DNA of 64,000 nucleotides, taken from assembly GCF_006345805.1 (NCBI RefSeq), contig NC_043006.1:27714001-27778000 (forward strand). The letters run 5' to 3'. The first letter of the stretch is position 1; each line of letters opens with the position of its first letter. Origin of the DNA: Octopus sinensis (Eukaryota). This document shows positions 12,890 through 26,490 of the stretch, in pieces. The notes beneath the pieces were generated by a model. The model worked only from the letters and a program-made list of their open reading frames with translations. It was not told the DNA's origin and searched no databases. The translations under genes and the position numbers were made by a program.

Positions 12890-14149
12890 CTGAAAGATAA
12901 TTTCAGAAAAAAAAAATTAAGCATGATTAATAAATAAATAAATAAATAAATACAATTAAAAAATAAAACAATGCACAAACAAGCAATAAAAAAAACTTCA
13001 TTCACAAACAATTTAAGTAATCTACACAGCAAATTAATCCTTTCTGGTAAAAACCATAATAGAATAATTGTCTAATTATGTACATGTACTTGTGGTTTTT
13101 AGAAAATCAAGGCTAATGTCAACAATTTCCAATACCTAACAAGTAGGTTTTCACAAAACACGAAAACAAGAGCAAGTAAGAAGTGTAATCTAAAATATTT
13201 AATTGCCAAATGGGCAAGCATTAATTATTGGGCTATTAAGTTCCCTTACTGATTATGACTTTGGCAGGTGTCCCAACCAACTTTAAGTTCAAATTACTCT
13301 AAGCATTTTTGTTGCTGCAAATAATTATATGGGTTTAGGTACAAAACTTATCAGGAATGTATACTGCAGACAGAAACTAAAACAGTTTTATATTCCATTT
13401 ATACCTAGTTACGATTTCATAAATGTTTAAACTACAAAACAAGTAGTGCATTTCAAAATCTCACAAACTATAAACTATTCAGCAATAAATTATAATGGAA
13501 TTTCAAATACAAGACTACACAGACAAACATTGGAAAATATAAAGCTTCGTTTTTCATAGCCACAAAGTAGATAATTGAAAACTGAGGTCAAATAATTATT
13601 ACAAATTTGCAGCACAAGATAAATTAGATTGAGGAAAAGATTAATTACATGATTCCTGGAGAAATGAATAGTAAAAGGCATGATCTGGACATATTATATA
13701 CTATAATGATTCTGAGTACTATATCAATTATCTGTATGATAGTAATGATAAGTTGGTTGTGTACATGGAGTATAAAGTAACATAAATCATTTTCACAAAC
13801 TTCTCGGCAGCATACTATCCATACTGAAATAGTTCGACTTAAATTTGTGCCTAATAATTTTTTATTTAAACCAAACACCAGTCCCTTGCTGTTGTTTAGA
13901 CAAATCATAAAAAGACGAACAAAAGAAATTTCAGCTACACACATATCATAATTTCATAAATACCTAAGACTACATAAATCCAAGTAACCTTCCTTTATGA
14001 AGACAATAAGGTGGAATTTGAAAGAGATTTCACTGCTTCTTCTAGAAGGCATGTCAAAATCCTTCAAACTTGAAGTCAAAATAGACGCATAGACTAGATC
14101 TTGCAGGCTATATAGGGATATTCTCTTTCCAAAAATAGGCTGTATGGGG

Positions 14150-14194
<45 letters not shown>

Positions 14195-14199
14195 TTAGT

Positions 14200-15135
14200 C
14201 CTCACGTCACTGGACATTGGCAAATTTCTTTTCTCCTTCTCCCTTGGCTATGTATACCTGTCGCCCAGCCTCCCTTCTGACTATCTGGTACATTTCCCTG
14301 CTACCCTCACACTTCCAGGTTTTCCAGTCCTGTTTCTTTGCTCTAATATGGCTTTGTCTACCATATTGCTTCACTACCACGTTAATCTAGGTCTGGAAGA
14401 GAATGTGCACCATCTGCAGACTTGGTCTGTGGCACTCAGTAAGCTGTCAAGTAAGAATTTCCAGCTACCCTCTATGTCCAAGGTCTGTAACTCCTCCTGC
14501 CTCTCATCAAATTTCTTTATGAGGATTTCCCTAAATCTCTGACTATGTGAATGGTTCTTTAGCTTCCAAATCCTTCTTTACTGGATTGGTCTGCTTCTTG
14601 GCATCATTCTGGCCTCGAGTCTAAAGTCATTAATGACTAGTCTATGCTGCAGGGTGCATTTTTCACCTGGGAGGGTCTTTGTTTTTAAGAGCAACCCTGC
14701 ATTCCACTGTCTGGTGAGGATGAAATCAATCTAGCTAGTAGAGTCACCTGAGCGATAGGTTATCAGGTGGCTGTCTGGCTTCCTGAAGTTAGTGCTGCAG
14801 ATTAAAAGGTTACATGCATCACAGAACTTTAGTAGCCTAGTTCCCTCTTCATTTCGGGAACCAATACCATGGCCCCCGTGTACACCGGTGAAGATATCAG
14901 ATTGCCATCCAGCATGCCCATTAAAATCTCCAGCCACAACGATGAGGTCATTGCCATTTGTCTTTGAGATAGCCTGTAAAAGGTTATCATAAAAATGGTC
15001 CTTCTGATCATTTGGTAGGCACACTTGTGGGGCGTAGGCAGAGATAATTGTTGCTATATTTTTCTGCAGGACTAGCCTGAGCTTAAGCACACTATCACAT
15101 ACCCTGACAACCTCTATGACCTTATCTATCCATTT
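14200..15135 (-). mobile_element. RTE-clade LINE fragment, AP endonuclease region
   Basis: TIISAYAPQ, VAGDFNGH, GIGSRNEEGTRLL.FC, ITYRSG followed by IDFIL. Frameshifted and stop-containing continuation to about 14200. Confidence 0.9.
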
Positions 15136-15146
15136 CTCTGTAAAAA

Positions 15147-15176
<30 letters not shown>

Positions 15177-15178
<2 letters not shown>

Positions 15179-16470
15179 GAGAAGTTTCAGATGTGGAAAC
15201 AAGGATTAGAGTCGAAGGGCCTTAGAGTCAACCTAGCTAAAAAACCAAAGTCCTAATAAGTAGGAAGGGAGGCAAACAACAAATCCCTTCAAGTAGATGG
15301 CCCTGCTTGATCTGTAGAAAAGGCGTAGGTAGAAACTCTATGAGACATACCCAGTGTAAGCTATGGACACATAAGAGGTGCAAAAATATCAAAGGAAGGC
15401 TAACTGGGAAGATAGTTTTTGTATGTGGAGCAATAAATACCACGTGACCAAGTCAGTAGTGGAGGAAAGTGCACTGAAAGTGTAACTGCTAGAATAAGAA
15501 TAGCCTGGGCAAAGTTCAGAGAGCTCTTACCTCCGCTGGTGACAAAGGGCCTCTCACTCAGAGTAAAAGGTAGACTGTATAACGCATGTGTACGAACAGC
15601 TATAATACATGGAAGTGAAACACGGACCATGACTGCTGAGGACATGCGTAAGCTCGTAAGGAATGAAGCCATTATGCTTCGATGGATGTGTAATGTCAGT
15701 GTGCATACACGACAGAGTATAAGTACCTTGAGAGAAAAGTTGGACCTAAGAAGCATCAGTTGTGGTGTGCAAGAGAGAGACGACTGCGCTAGTATGGTCA
15801 CGTGGCAAGAATGGATGAGAATAGCTGTGTGAAAAAGTGCCACACCCTAGCGGTTGAGGGAACCTGCAGAAGAGGTAGACCCACAAAGACCTAGGATGAG
15901 GTGGTGAAGCATGACCTTCGAACACTAGGCCTCACCTAGGCAATGACTAGTGACCAAGACCTTTGGAAATATGCTGTGCTTGAGAAGACCCAGTAAACCA
16001 AGTGAGACCATAACCTCGTGGCCTATGCCAGGGGTGTAACCAGACCACTTATGCGTACCTTTCCTTCATTGGACACTAAACTCTTGCGAAGACCTGTTGA
16101 AGCAAGTGAAATTGAAATCAAATTCGATGACTGGCATCCATGCTAGTGGAGTGCAAAGAGCATCATCCGAGTGTGATCGTTGCTAGAGCAGCTAACTGGC
16201 TTCTGTGCCGGTGGCATGTAAAAAGCTCCATTCGAGCATGATCCTTACCAGTGTCGCCTTACTGGCACGTGAAAAACATTCAAGTGAGGTCGTTGCCAGT
16301 GCCGCTGGATTGGCTCTTGTGCAGGTAGCACGTAAAAAACACCATCTGAGTGTAGCCGTTGCCAGTACCGCCTGTCTAGCCCTCGTGCCAGTGGCACATA
16401 AAAGCACCTACTACACTTTTAGAGTGGTTAGAAACTCTGCCAGATCAGATTGGAGCCTGGTGCAGCCATC
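15177..16470 (+). mobile_element. RTE-clade LINE fragment: end of RT, PHD-like finger, C-terminus and 3'UTR repeats
   Basis: WKQGLESKGLRVNLAK, WPCLICRKGVGRNS, KGRLYNACVRTAIIHGSET, LRWMCNVS. Followed by a 3'UTR with GTGCCnGTGGCAC repeats. Confidence 0.9.
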
Positions 16471-16640
16471 TTGTTTGCAAGACATATATATCTCATACAT
16501 ATATATATCTCATACATATATATATATCTCATACATATATATATATCTCATACATATATATATATCTCATACATATATATATATATATCTCATACATATA
16601 TATATATATATATATATCATACATATATCTATTATACATA

Positions 16641-17385
16641 GGCACAAGAGTGGCTGTGTGGTAAGTAGCTTGCTTACCAACCACATGGTTCTGGATCCAG
16701 TCCCACTTTGTGACACCTTGTGTAAGTGTCTTCTACTATAGTCTCGGGCCGGCCAAAGCCCTGTGAGTGAAAGAAACCGGTCGGATATGTGTGTATGTAC
16801 ATGCGTGTGTGTGCGTGTGTGTGTACATGCGTGTGTGTGTGCGTGTGTGTGTGTATATATATGTATGCGCTGGTGGCACATGAAAAAGCATTCGAGCAAG
16901 GTTGTTGCCAGTGCCGCTGCACTGGCTCCTGGGCAGGTGGCACATAAAATGCACCATTTGAACATGGCCGCTGCCAGTACTGCCTGACTGGCCTTCGTGC
17001 CAGTGGCACGTAAAAGCACCTTCTACACTCTCAGAGTGGTTGGCATTAGGAAGGGCATCCAGCTGTAGAAACTCTGCCAGATCAGATTGGAGTCTGGTGC
17101 AGCCATCTGGCTCGCCAGACCTCAGTCAAATCATCCAACCCATGCTAGCATGGAAAGCGGATGTTAAACGATGATGATGATGATATATATGTGTGTATGT
17201 TTGTGTGTGTTTGTCCCACCCCCACAACATCTCTGGTGTGTTTAAGTCCCCGTAACTTAGTGGTTCAGCAAAAGAGACCGATAGAATAAGTACTAGGCTC
17301 ACAAAGAAGTCCTCAGATCGATTTGATCAACTAAAGGCGGTGCTCCAGCATGGCCACAGTCAAGTGACTGAAACAATTAAAGAAT
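16641..17385 (+). mobile_element. tRNA-derived SINE interrupted by an RTE 3'-end copy (about 16870-17185)
   Basis: 5' half (16641-16790) and 3' half (17190-17385) match 51249-51636, with the RTE tail inside the internal microsatellite. Confidence 0.85.
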
Positions 17386-17599
17386 AAATATATATACACA
17401 CATGTATATATATATATATATATATATGGAACAATTACTATGAAGCATTGTGTAGAATATATTGTATAAAGGATCATTGGTGAGGCCAGAACAATGCAAA
17501 CAGATTAAATTCTACTGCTAACTCAACTAACCAACAACATTTACTATCACCATCCCAACAACAATATACTTCACACTGACCAACAAAAATATAAGTTTA

Positions 17600-18810
17600 A
17601 ATAGTTCAACACAACAGCCATAGCAATGACTGACCAGCCACCAAACTCTATGCACCCTACTACCACCACCCACAGGGCCCCACCACCACTTAATACATCC
17701 ATACCTACCAAGGCCACTACTAACAATACCCTGGTTACAGACCTTTCTTGTTCCCTCGCACAGGCAGAGAAACAACTGCTAAGCTACGGACCCAAATTCA
17801 TTCTAGCACAACTCAATGCCAAATTGAAACTGAAGATAGAGACCAACTTCTTTCGGACAGCTTACCAACTAAAATGGACTATGGCCCTTAAACCCCCTCT
17901 CCCCACCATCACCTTTATCTTCATCATTATTGCTGCCAATATCTTCACTGCTGACATAATCCCCGATATTACCCTCACCTTCATCTACATCTTCTACATC
18001 TTCTCCATCACTACCTTTACCATCTTCATCTGTGTCATCATCATCATCTATCCCTTTTCCTCCTACTTCCTCCTCCCCTCTTACATCTTCCTCATCGTCG
18101 TCTTCACCATCTTCCTCATCATTACCGTCATCTCTTTCTTCTTCTTCTTCAATCTCCTCCTCTCACTCCTCTACACTTAAATTCCCTGTCTACCACCATG
18201 ATAACCAACTCTACCCTCCCCCTCACGACCCCAAACTCAACACCAAACTAGCTAGAGTCAAACAATCCATAGTTAACAGAGATCATCTGTGGCAAATGTG
18301 GGGCATCCTACATAGGAAGCACAACAAGAAAACTGCATATACGCATTAAGGAGCACATGCAGGCAGACAATTACATGAAGAAACATCTATGGAGATGCCA
18401 GACCCATCAATTCACAGTGCACGTCAGGACAACACAGTAGAACAAGGGCAACCTTAGAATCTCCGAAGCCATCCTCATACACCAAAAGAAACCTAAGATC
18501 AGCAACAGAAGAGAGTTACAGGAAGCTAGCTGGTTGCTATAGCAACACCTTTCAGTGCAAGTCCACTCTGAAAAAAGAGGCTACCTTTGATGTTATATCC
18601 TCTAATATTTTTTTTAAAAAAACTTAATAACATTCAGTTCATCACTTTACATTTCCATCATATTCTGTTAAAATGTCTTATTGACGAGTTTTATTTCTTC
18701 ATTTCCCTGAAGAGAAGATTACATTGTTTTACACCATTTTATTCCTTTGGAATAATACCAGTGATATCTTCAAAACATGTGTCGGAAGTAAAAGAATTTG
18801 AATAACACCT
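17600..18810 (+). mobile_element. Internally deleted Penelope-like element
   Basis: EKQLLSYGPKF N-terminal motif and GIY-YIG remnant CGASYIGSTTRKLHIRIKEHM. Hammerhead-like terminal motif at 18701-18789. Confidence 0.8.
18701..18789 (+). ncRNA. Hammerhead-ribozyme motif with G12A lesion at a PLE end
   Basis: ATTTCC CTGAAGA GAAGAT...ATCTTC AAAA C ATGT GTC GGAAGT. 6-bp stem I and 6-bp stem II base, with GAAA mutated to AAAA. Confidence 0.7.
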
Positions 18811-19006
18811 GCGTTTAACTCCATTTATTTATTTATATATATTATACAAAATATTTCACGTAAACCCAGAGTTTCAACCTTTAAAAACAAGGAGTTACAT
18901 CCTTTTTACTAGTGTGATTTTTTGCTACCCTGGTAACTATTTATCTATTTTGTCCATGTTAATTGTAAACAAGGGAAAAATACACACATCTATTTATATA
19001 TTATAC

Positions 19007-19044
<38 letters not shown>

Positions 19045-19087
19045 CACACACACACACACATATATATGTGTGTGTATATTATATATA

Positions 19088-19158
<71 letters not shown>

Positions 19159-19244
19159 GTATGTATAATATATATATTATACTCTTTTACTTGGTTCAGT
19201 CATTAGACTGCAGCCATGTTGGAGCACCGCCTTTAATCGAGCAA

Positions 19245-20345
19245 ATCAACCCAATCTGAACTTCCACAAAGCAGACTGGAAATCAATCCAAAAAGAGATC
19301 CTCAGACTAGTCCAGCCAAAATGTCTCTCCACACCAGACATTGGCATGAAACTAGATTGTTTCATGTCTGTTATGCAAACCATATGCCAGAAATATGTCC
19401 AAGAGCACAAAGCCAACACCAAAAGGAACAAGATTCCAAAGGAGAAGATCCTCATGAGAAGAAGAACAAAGATTGCAAATTGCTTCAACCAACACTCCAA
19501 AAGTAGTGAAAGGTCCTGCCTAAAAACAACACTGATGGAGATTGAAAAAACTTGCAACAGTCCTATGTGGAGGAAAGAGCAGATGAAGAAGCCTGTGTTA
19601 AAAAAAAACATTAAGTCAAACCCAAAGGTTTTCTTTCATTATGCCAAAGAAACAGCCCCAGTACGCTGCAAAACAGGAACCCTCTTCCAGAAGGGTGGCT
19701 CCCTCACAGATAACCCAACTAAGATCAGTGAGGGACTGAATGGCCAGCTCAAAAGTGTCTTTACCACCCCCAATGGAACACAGACAAGTGAATGAACCAG
19801 TGGATTACTTTGCAGCCTCACCTCTAACAAGTGAGGCAGTTACAATAGATTACATCAACATTGGGGAAGAAGATATAATACTAGCTATAGATGAGGTGGA
19901 TGCAAACTCAACTGCTGGTCCTGATGGTTTCCCAGTAATCCTCCACAAATCATGTAAACATGCCCTAGCGAAACCACTACAGATTCTCTTCCAGAGTTTT
20001 CTTGCAAATAGCAAGCTGCCAAGCAAACTGAAGGCGAGAATAACATGTCCAATCCATAAAGGAGGAAGCAGAGCAGATGCCAAAAATTATAGGCCTATCT
20101 CTCTAACACATCAACAAAGTCATGGAACCAATAGTCAGAGGGAAACTAGTCATATTCCTTGAAGAAAACGACTTGATGAGTGATACCCAGCATGGTTTTT
20201 GACCAGGCAGGAGCTGCCTGACCCAGCTCCTACAGCACTATGACTGGGTGTTGAGCAGTTACTCAACAACTCAAATGTGGACATAATATATCTTGACTAT
20301 GCAAAAGGTTTTGATAAAGTTGATTATGATATGCCACAAACTGTC
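19245..20345 (+). mobile_element. CR1-group LINE fragment (post-endonuclease linker and RT N-part)
   Basis: NFHKADW, IKSNPKVFFHY, AGPDGFP, PIHKGGS...NYRPISLT, QHGF..GRSCLTQLL, VDIIYLD.AKGFDKV. Confidence 0.88.
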
Positions 20346-20379
20346 ATGCCATCTATCATCATCATCATCATAAGTAATT

Positions 20380-22260
20380 GACCTTTGAAGTGATTCAACT
20401 TTCACGATACTTTGTTTCGTATGGGAAGACCACAGTGGACCACAGTATTCAAGGTGGGGTCAGGCAAAAGTGGAGAAGTGAAGGATAATGGTGCAAATAT
20501 CTTTTGACTGGAAAGTTCTGAGAATCCAGGAACACATTCTGCAGGCCATGTCAACTTTGTTGTTTATATGAGTTGTTGGATGCCATGAGAGTTTCACCTG
20601 AAGGGAGTATGGGAATTTCAGAGTATCCTCTTTCCCAAAGTGGATTAACTCAAATTTGTCCTCATTTAGCAGTATATTATTCTTTTCTGCTCACTGGATG
20701 ATAGTAAGTAGATCTGACTGAAGGTATGTCTGGTCACCCACTTCATTGACCTTCTGGATCTTCGAATCATTGGCAAAAATTCTCATGTTGCTGTGCTTGA
20801 TGATGTCAGTAATGTCATTGATGTAGATGATGAAAAGAAGTGGGACCAACACAGTACCTTGTGGAACAACACTACTGACTTTGGTTGGGCTTGATTTTAC
20901 TTCTTCAACTACAACGTGTTAGGTTCTGTCTTTCAGGAAACACTTGATCCATTGTAGTAACTTTCCAGAGACACCAAGGTAGATGACATCGGCAGATGAA
21001 ATTAAGGTAGATGACATCAGTGTTGGAGCCCTCTCCTGAATCTCTCAAAATATCATCAAAGTGATGCAGGAACTGCATTTGGAAGTTCCTTCCATTACGG
21101 AACCCATGTTGGTTGGGGTTCAGCGATCTGTTGCTTTCAAGAAAGTGGGTTATTCATGATCTCACTATCCACTCAAATACCCTGATGATATGAGAAGTGA
21201 GTGAGATTGGACAGTAGCTCACTGCAAGGGACTTTTCAGGAATATAGCCAGCATCCACAGATTAACAAGAGGAGATGCAAGTTGGTGTGCAGAACACAAG
21301 CAGGGAACCTATCAAGACCTACTGCTGAATTGTGTTTAATTTTGTTTATTGCTGCTAAGGCATCAGGGGCACCAAATGTTATGTCCATTATAGTGTGCTG
21401 AAGATTAACATCAATGATACAGCCCAAATTGTCCATATCAGGATTGATGAAAACAGCAGTATTGCTTCTACAGTATCTCACTCATGGTTTAGGCATTATA
21501 TTGAAGAGTGCCATTTTCATCAATTAGAGGACCAACAGTGAAGACAGTGACCTTGTGGTTTTTTCACAAAAGAGAAGACCACTTTCGGAGCTGAGGTTGA
21601 TTTTATCAATGGCCCATTTCTCCTCAGCTGTTCTTTGATTGTTGATGATGGTCTTCATGTATTGTTGGAGGTTACATTTTTTGATTCAAGCAGGTCAATA
21701 GCCATCAAATATATGTATGGTTGATGGCAGTATTTTAGTTTAATTTTATTTATTGTGCTTTTTATTTTTCTGATAATAGTTTTTCAGTTTTGGAGAATTC
21801 TGCATTTACTTTTGTTCACAGGTCTTGGTGAGGTGTGTTCTGCACATATGCTTGTGACAGTATCTACAAAGATCTGCCAAGATATTTTGATGCTGGAGGA
21901 AGTGTGTGCATGTGTGAAAGACCAGTCAACATGTGACAGCTCATTCATGATTGCATCCCAGTTGGCATTATAGAGATCCATGTTAGGTGAGCTGTAGAGA
22001 AGCTACTAGGATTAGCTTTCAGCTGGTGGAATCTCAGGTTACAGAGAACCATGTCACGGTCTGAAAGCAGGGGTTTTTCCACTGTTATATTATGTATAGT
22101 GGTAGTGTGGTTACTAAACATTAGGTCTAAAATGTTCTGATATCTTCTTGGTGGAAGAACAAGTTGGGACAAGAAAAACTCATTCATAAAGTTGAGAAGT
22201 GACTCTACTGCTTCTTTGTCAAATGTTGAGGTGGGAGTGCCTGGTTTCTTTGCAAAAGAT
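20380..22260 (-). mobile_element. CR1-group LINE fragment, convergent with the previous one
   Basis: NILDLMFSN (endonuclease end), NANWDAI, SAVGLDRFPA, VPQGTVLGP..F.IYIND, IFANDSK (FADD-like). Many stops and frameshifts. Confidence 0.85.
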
Positions 22261-22290
22261 GATGATGACACATATATACAAATATATATA

Positions 22291-22346
<56 letters not shown>

Positions 22347-22359
22347 CATACGCACATAT

Positions 22360-22401
<42 letters not shown>

Positions 22402-22407
22402 CATACG

Positions 22408-22444
<37 letters not shown>

Positions 22445-22849
22445 AAATCCGTTCTCTCTATCTGTGTGTGTGTCTTCTAGGATTTCAGGCATCCTCCATC
22501 CGATTGCGCTCAAATTTGATATGTAGATACTGACGGTAACAGGGTGTATATAAGTCTTGAAAAAATTATAAATATCGATTCTAGGTGAGAATGCAATCGA
22601 TAAAGCCGTGGGAACATGCATTTGTATGCGCAAGTACATCAGCTGTTGCGATTGATACTACGCGTACGTGAGAAAGATGCACGTGCAGTTTGTGCAAAAA
22701 AAGCCGGCCTGTTTGGTGTCTCAAATTTAGGTTAAATCAGTGTTTCTCAAAGAGGAGGCCTATGGGACGGTCAGGCAAGTTGTTTTGAGAAAATTTGATT
22801 TCAATGTTTGACAACTCAGCACCATCCATTGGACGGGGGGGGGGGCATT

Positions 22850-23245
22850 TTGCTTGTATGGCACGTAACCCGTGCCGGTGGCACATAATAAGCACCATCC
22901 GATCGTGGCCATTGCCAGCCTTGCCTGGCCCCCATGCCAGTGGCACGTAAAAAGCACCATCCGATCGTGTCCGTTGCCAGCCCGACTGGCCCCCATGCCG
23001 GTGACACGTAAAAAGCACCATCCGACCATGGCCGTTTGCCAGCCCCATCTGGCAACTGTGCCGGTGGCATGGAAAAAGCACCCACTACACTCACGGAGTG
23101 GTTGGCATTAGGAAGGGCATCCAGCCGTAGAAACATTGCCAGATCAGACTGGGGCTGGTGCAGCCTTCTGGCTTCCCAGACCCCAGTTGAACCGTCCAGC
23201 CCATGCTAGCATGGAAAGCGGACGCATGATGATGATGATGATATA
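22850..23245 (+). mobile_element. RTE 3'-end copy (RTE-tail SINE-like) with four hairpin repeats
   Basis: GTGCCnGTGGCAC repeats, then CCCACTACACTC.CGGAGTGGTTGGCATTAGGAAGGGCATCCAGC...CATGCTAGCATGGAAAGCGGACG(GAT)n. Confidence 0.88.
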
Positions 23246-24299
23246 CATGCATATATGGGTACAGGATGTCACCAACGGTGCAAATAACATGAAATACGTA
23301 ACACAAATGAGGGAAAAATGAGTTAAATGATAAACAACATGAAAAAATGGAAAATAAGACAGGTAAATACAGAGAAAGGACCCTTCATCAGTAGTTGGCT
23401 GTCTATCTACTCCTCATTTCTTTTTCTATACTTAACCAGATGTAATAAATTGTCTAGGACTTTTCCAAGTGTAATAACTTCTCCTGTAATTTTCCAGGTT
23501 TATAATCTTAATATCATTTCCCTTGCTCACATCTTTCTATGTAATCCACGTTTTTTCCAGGCTATGCTACTATGCTAATTAATAATGTGTCAAATGTGTC
23601 AATTAGCGGTGTCATTGATAATTTTTTCCTTACCTCAGCGATGCCGGTGACATATATTAAAATACCCTTTATAGAACTATATTCATAAAAAAAGTATAGA
23701 ATTATATTATCACCCTCAAATTTGAAAAACAAACACTGATAACGTTTTTCTTTTAAAACTTCATTGCTTGAGACTGATACCATGAAATCCCTCGAATTAA
23801 GCTCTATAATTTAAGTTTAATTAAAATATAGTTTGTTTTTAAAATAAAAAAGTCAATTGTACTTAAATCCAATTTTTTGCCTTACTTATATTTTTTTCAT
23901 GATAAAATCCGTTCTCTCTAATACAAATTTTTGTATGAAATCCATTCTTCTAATACAAATTCTTGTATGAAATTCTTCATGCTTTCTTCTATCATTGAAG
24001 CTAAGATAAATATATTTTGATTTTAAAATAAAAGAGCTATTTAGATCTAAACTTGATTGGTGGCATTACTTACTCTCTTGTAATGTTGCTATAAATTTCG
24101 ATGTAAACTTTTTTCTACTAGATCAAATCTCAATTTTTTAATGCCAAAATGTAGCTAGAGACCAGTCCAATTCATAAATGTTAACAGTTTTCAATTTAGT
24201 TAAGAACTGAATTAGCAACACCCTCTGAAAGATGCTGTGTATGAGTAAATTGCAGCCATAAGAATATCATTCAACTACTACCATAGTTGAATGATATAT

Positions 24300-25885
24300 A
24301 CAAACATATACATACATATATATATATACATATATATACAAATACAAACATACATATACATACATTTATAGACATATATGTACATATGTAGATATATTAT
24401 ATATATATACATACATGCATACATATATATATACATACATGCATACATACATATATATATACGTACATGCATACATATATATATATATACATACATGCAT
24501 ACATATATATATATACATACATGCATACATATATATATATATATACATACATGCATACATATATATATATATATACATGCATACATATATATATATATAC
24601 ATACATGCATACATAATATATATATATATACATACATGCATACATATATATATATATACATACATGCATACATATATATATATACATACATGCATACATA
24701 TATATATACATACATGCATACATATATATATATACATACATGCATACATATATATATATATATATATACATACATGCATACATATATATATACATACATG
24801 CATACATATATATATACATACATGCATACATATATATATGCATACATGCATACATATATATATACATACATGCATACATATATATATACATACATGCATA
24901 CATATATACATACATGCATACATATATACATGCATGCATACATATATATATACATGCATGCATACATATATATATACATACATGCATACATATATATATA
25001 CATAAATGCATACATATATATATACATACATGCATACATATATATATACATACATGCATACATATATATATACATACATGCATACATATATATATACATA
25101 CATGCATACATATATATATACATACATGCATACATATATATATACATACATGCATACATATATATATACACTAGCAGTATCGCCCAGCGTTGCTCAGGTT
25201 TGTAAGGGAAATAACTATAAAGCATTTTTAGAGAGTTATAGCCAAAAAATGGAAAAAAATGATGGTAAATTTTTTTTGAGAGTAAAAAAAGGTGGAGTTG
25301 CGTCCCCTAGACGGTTTGTGTTTCTGATTCTCGACCCCATGTCGAATTTATCGATTTTTTTCAGAACTGGGGGAACTTTTCAAAATTTTCGCTGCGTTAG
25401 TTTTGAATTATGACATTGGGCTACGTGTGTGTCAAGTTTCATCAGAATCGGTTGAAAGCCGTGGTCAGGGTGAGGGTACAAGCAAACAGACACACAGAAA
25501 CACACACAGACAAACTGCCATTTATATAGAGAGAGATACATGCATACATATATATATACATACATGCATACATATATATATACATAAATGCATACATATA
25601 TATATACATACATGCATACATATATATATACATACATGCATACATATATATATACATACATGCATACATATATATATACATACATGCATACATATATACA
25701 TGCATACATACATATATACATGCATACATACATACATATATATATACATACATATATATATACATACATATATATATACATGCATATATATATATATACA
25801 TATATATATAATACATACATATATACATACATATATATATACATACATTATATATACATACATATATATATACATACATATATAT

Positions 25886-25942
<57 letters not shown>

Positions 25943-25970
25943 ATATATATATAATATATATATATATACA
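24300..25970. repeat. Compound minisatellite, about 20-nt unit TACATACATGCATACATATA, split by a Helitron
   Basis: Dozens of tandem units with a TGCA core and variable (TA)n spacer. Confidence 0.95.
25171..25536 (-). mobile_element. Non-autonomous Helitron
   Basis: 5' A|TC, 3' hairpin CCTGAGCAACGCTGGG then CTAG|T. Inserted between A and T inside a minisatellite. Confidence 0.88.
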
Positions 25971-26320
25971 TGTATATGTGCGTGTCTATGTATGTATTTT
26001 ATTATTTAATTTTATTCCAAGTTTTTTTGCCAATAAAGAGCTGATTTCTAACTTTGATTCAAGGTTCCTTCATTAGAATTCAAACATCAACAACAGGGTA
26101 GGTGGGTATGCAAGTATACGTGCATATATGTATGTTTTGCTTAATGTATGTCTTCTTATGCATATACTTGCTTATCTAGACATGCTGATATATACTTAAA
26201 TGATAAACTTCTGGAAAGTTTTACAGATTTTTCTACATATATATGTATGTATGTATGTGCGGATGCATATGGAGCATCAATAAACGATAATTGATTTTTG
26301 TAACATATACAGATACTTAC

Positions 26321-26437
26321 ATCTCTGAATTGCACTAATCCTAACTCTCCAAGTTCTGATACACAAGCATATGCTGCTTCAGACTGCAAAAATAATTGAC
26401 ATAATGTCATTTCTTCGCTGCGGAACAATGTCCCCAT
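26321..26437 (-). CDS. ATP6V0A1: V-type proton ATPase 116 kDa subunit a, first coding exon ([39 protein letters not shown])
   Basis: Translation matches the conserved N-terminus of V0 a subunits. 117 nt from the ATG to a GTAAGT donor. The symbol refers to the closest vertebrate family member; invertebrate orthology is not resolved. Confidence 0.97.
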
Positions 26438-26490
26438 GGTGTGCTGTTTGATGTACTTTTATAAGTAGCTGAAATCAAAGATCAAGCATT
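26438..26490 (-). other. ATP6V0A1: 5'UTR part of the ATG-containing exon of the V-ATPase a gene
   Basis: Strong acceptor TTTTTTCTTTTCTTTTCAG immediately upstream of 26490. A second TTTCAG lies 22 nt downstream. This implies a further upstream non-coding exon. Confidence 0.7.

Noticed and set aside
24300-25970. CRISPR-like appearance of regularly spaced repeats (also the RTE 3'UTR arrays and 48215-48340)
   Set aside because: Eukaryotic context, no unique spacers of constant length, no cas genes.
24278-25971. Long ORFs of up to 315 aa (YIYMYAC/HTYIY repeats)
   Set aside because: Stop-free translations of a TA/CA minisatellite. The same applies to similar ORFs near 16.5, 22.3, 35.9, 37.6, 51.1 and 55.3 kb.
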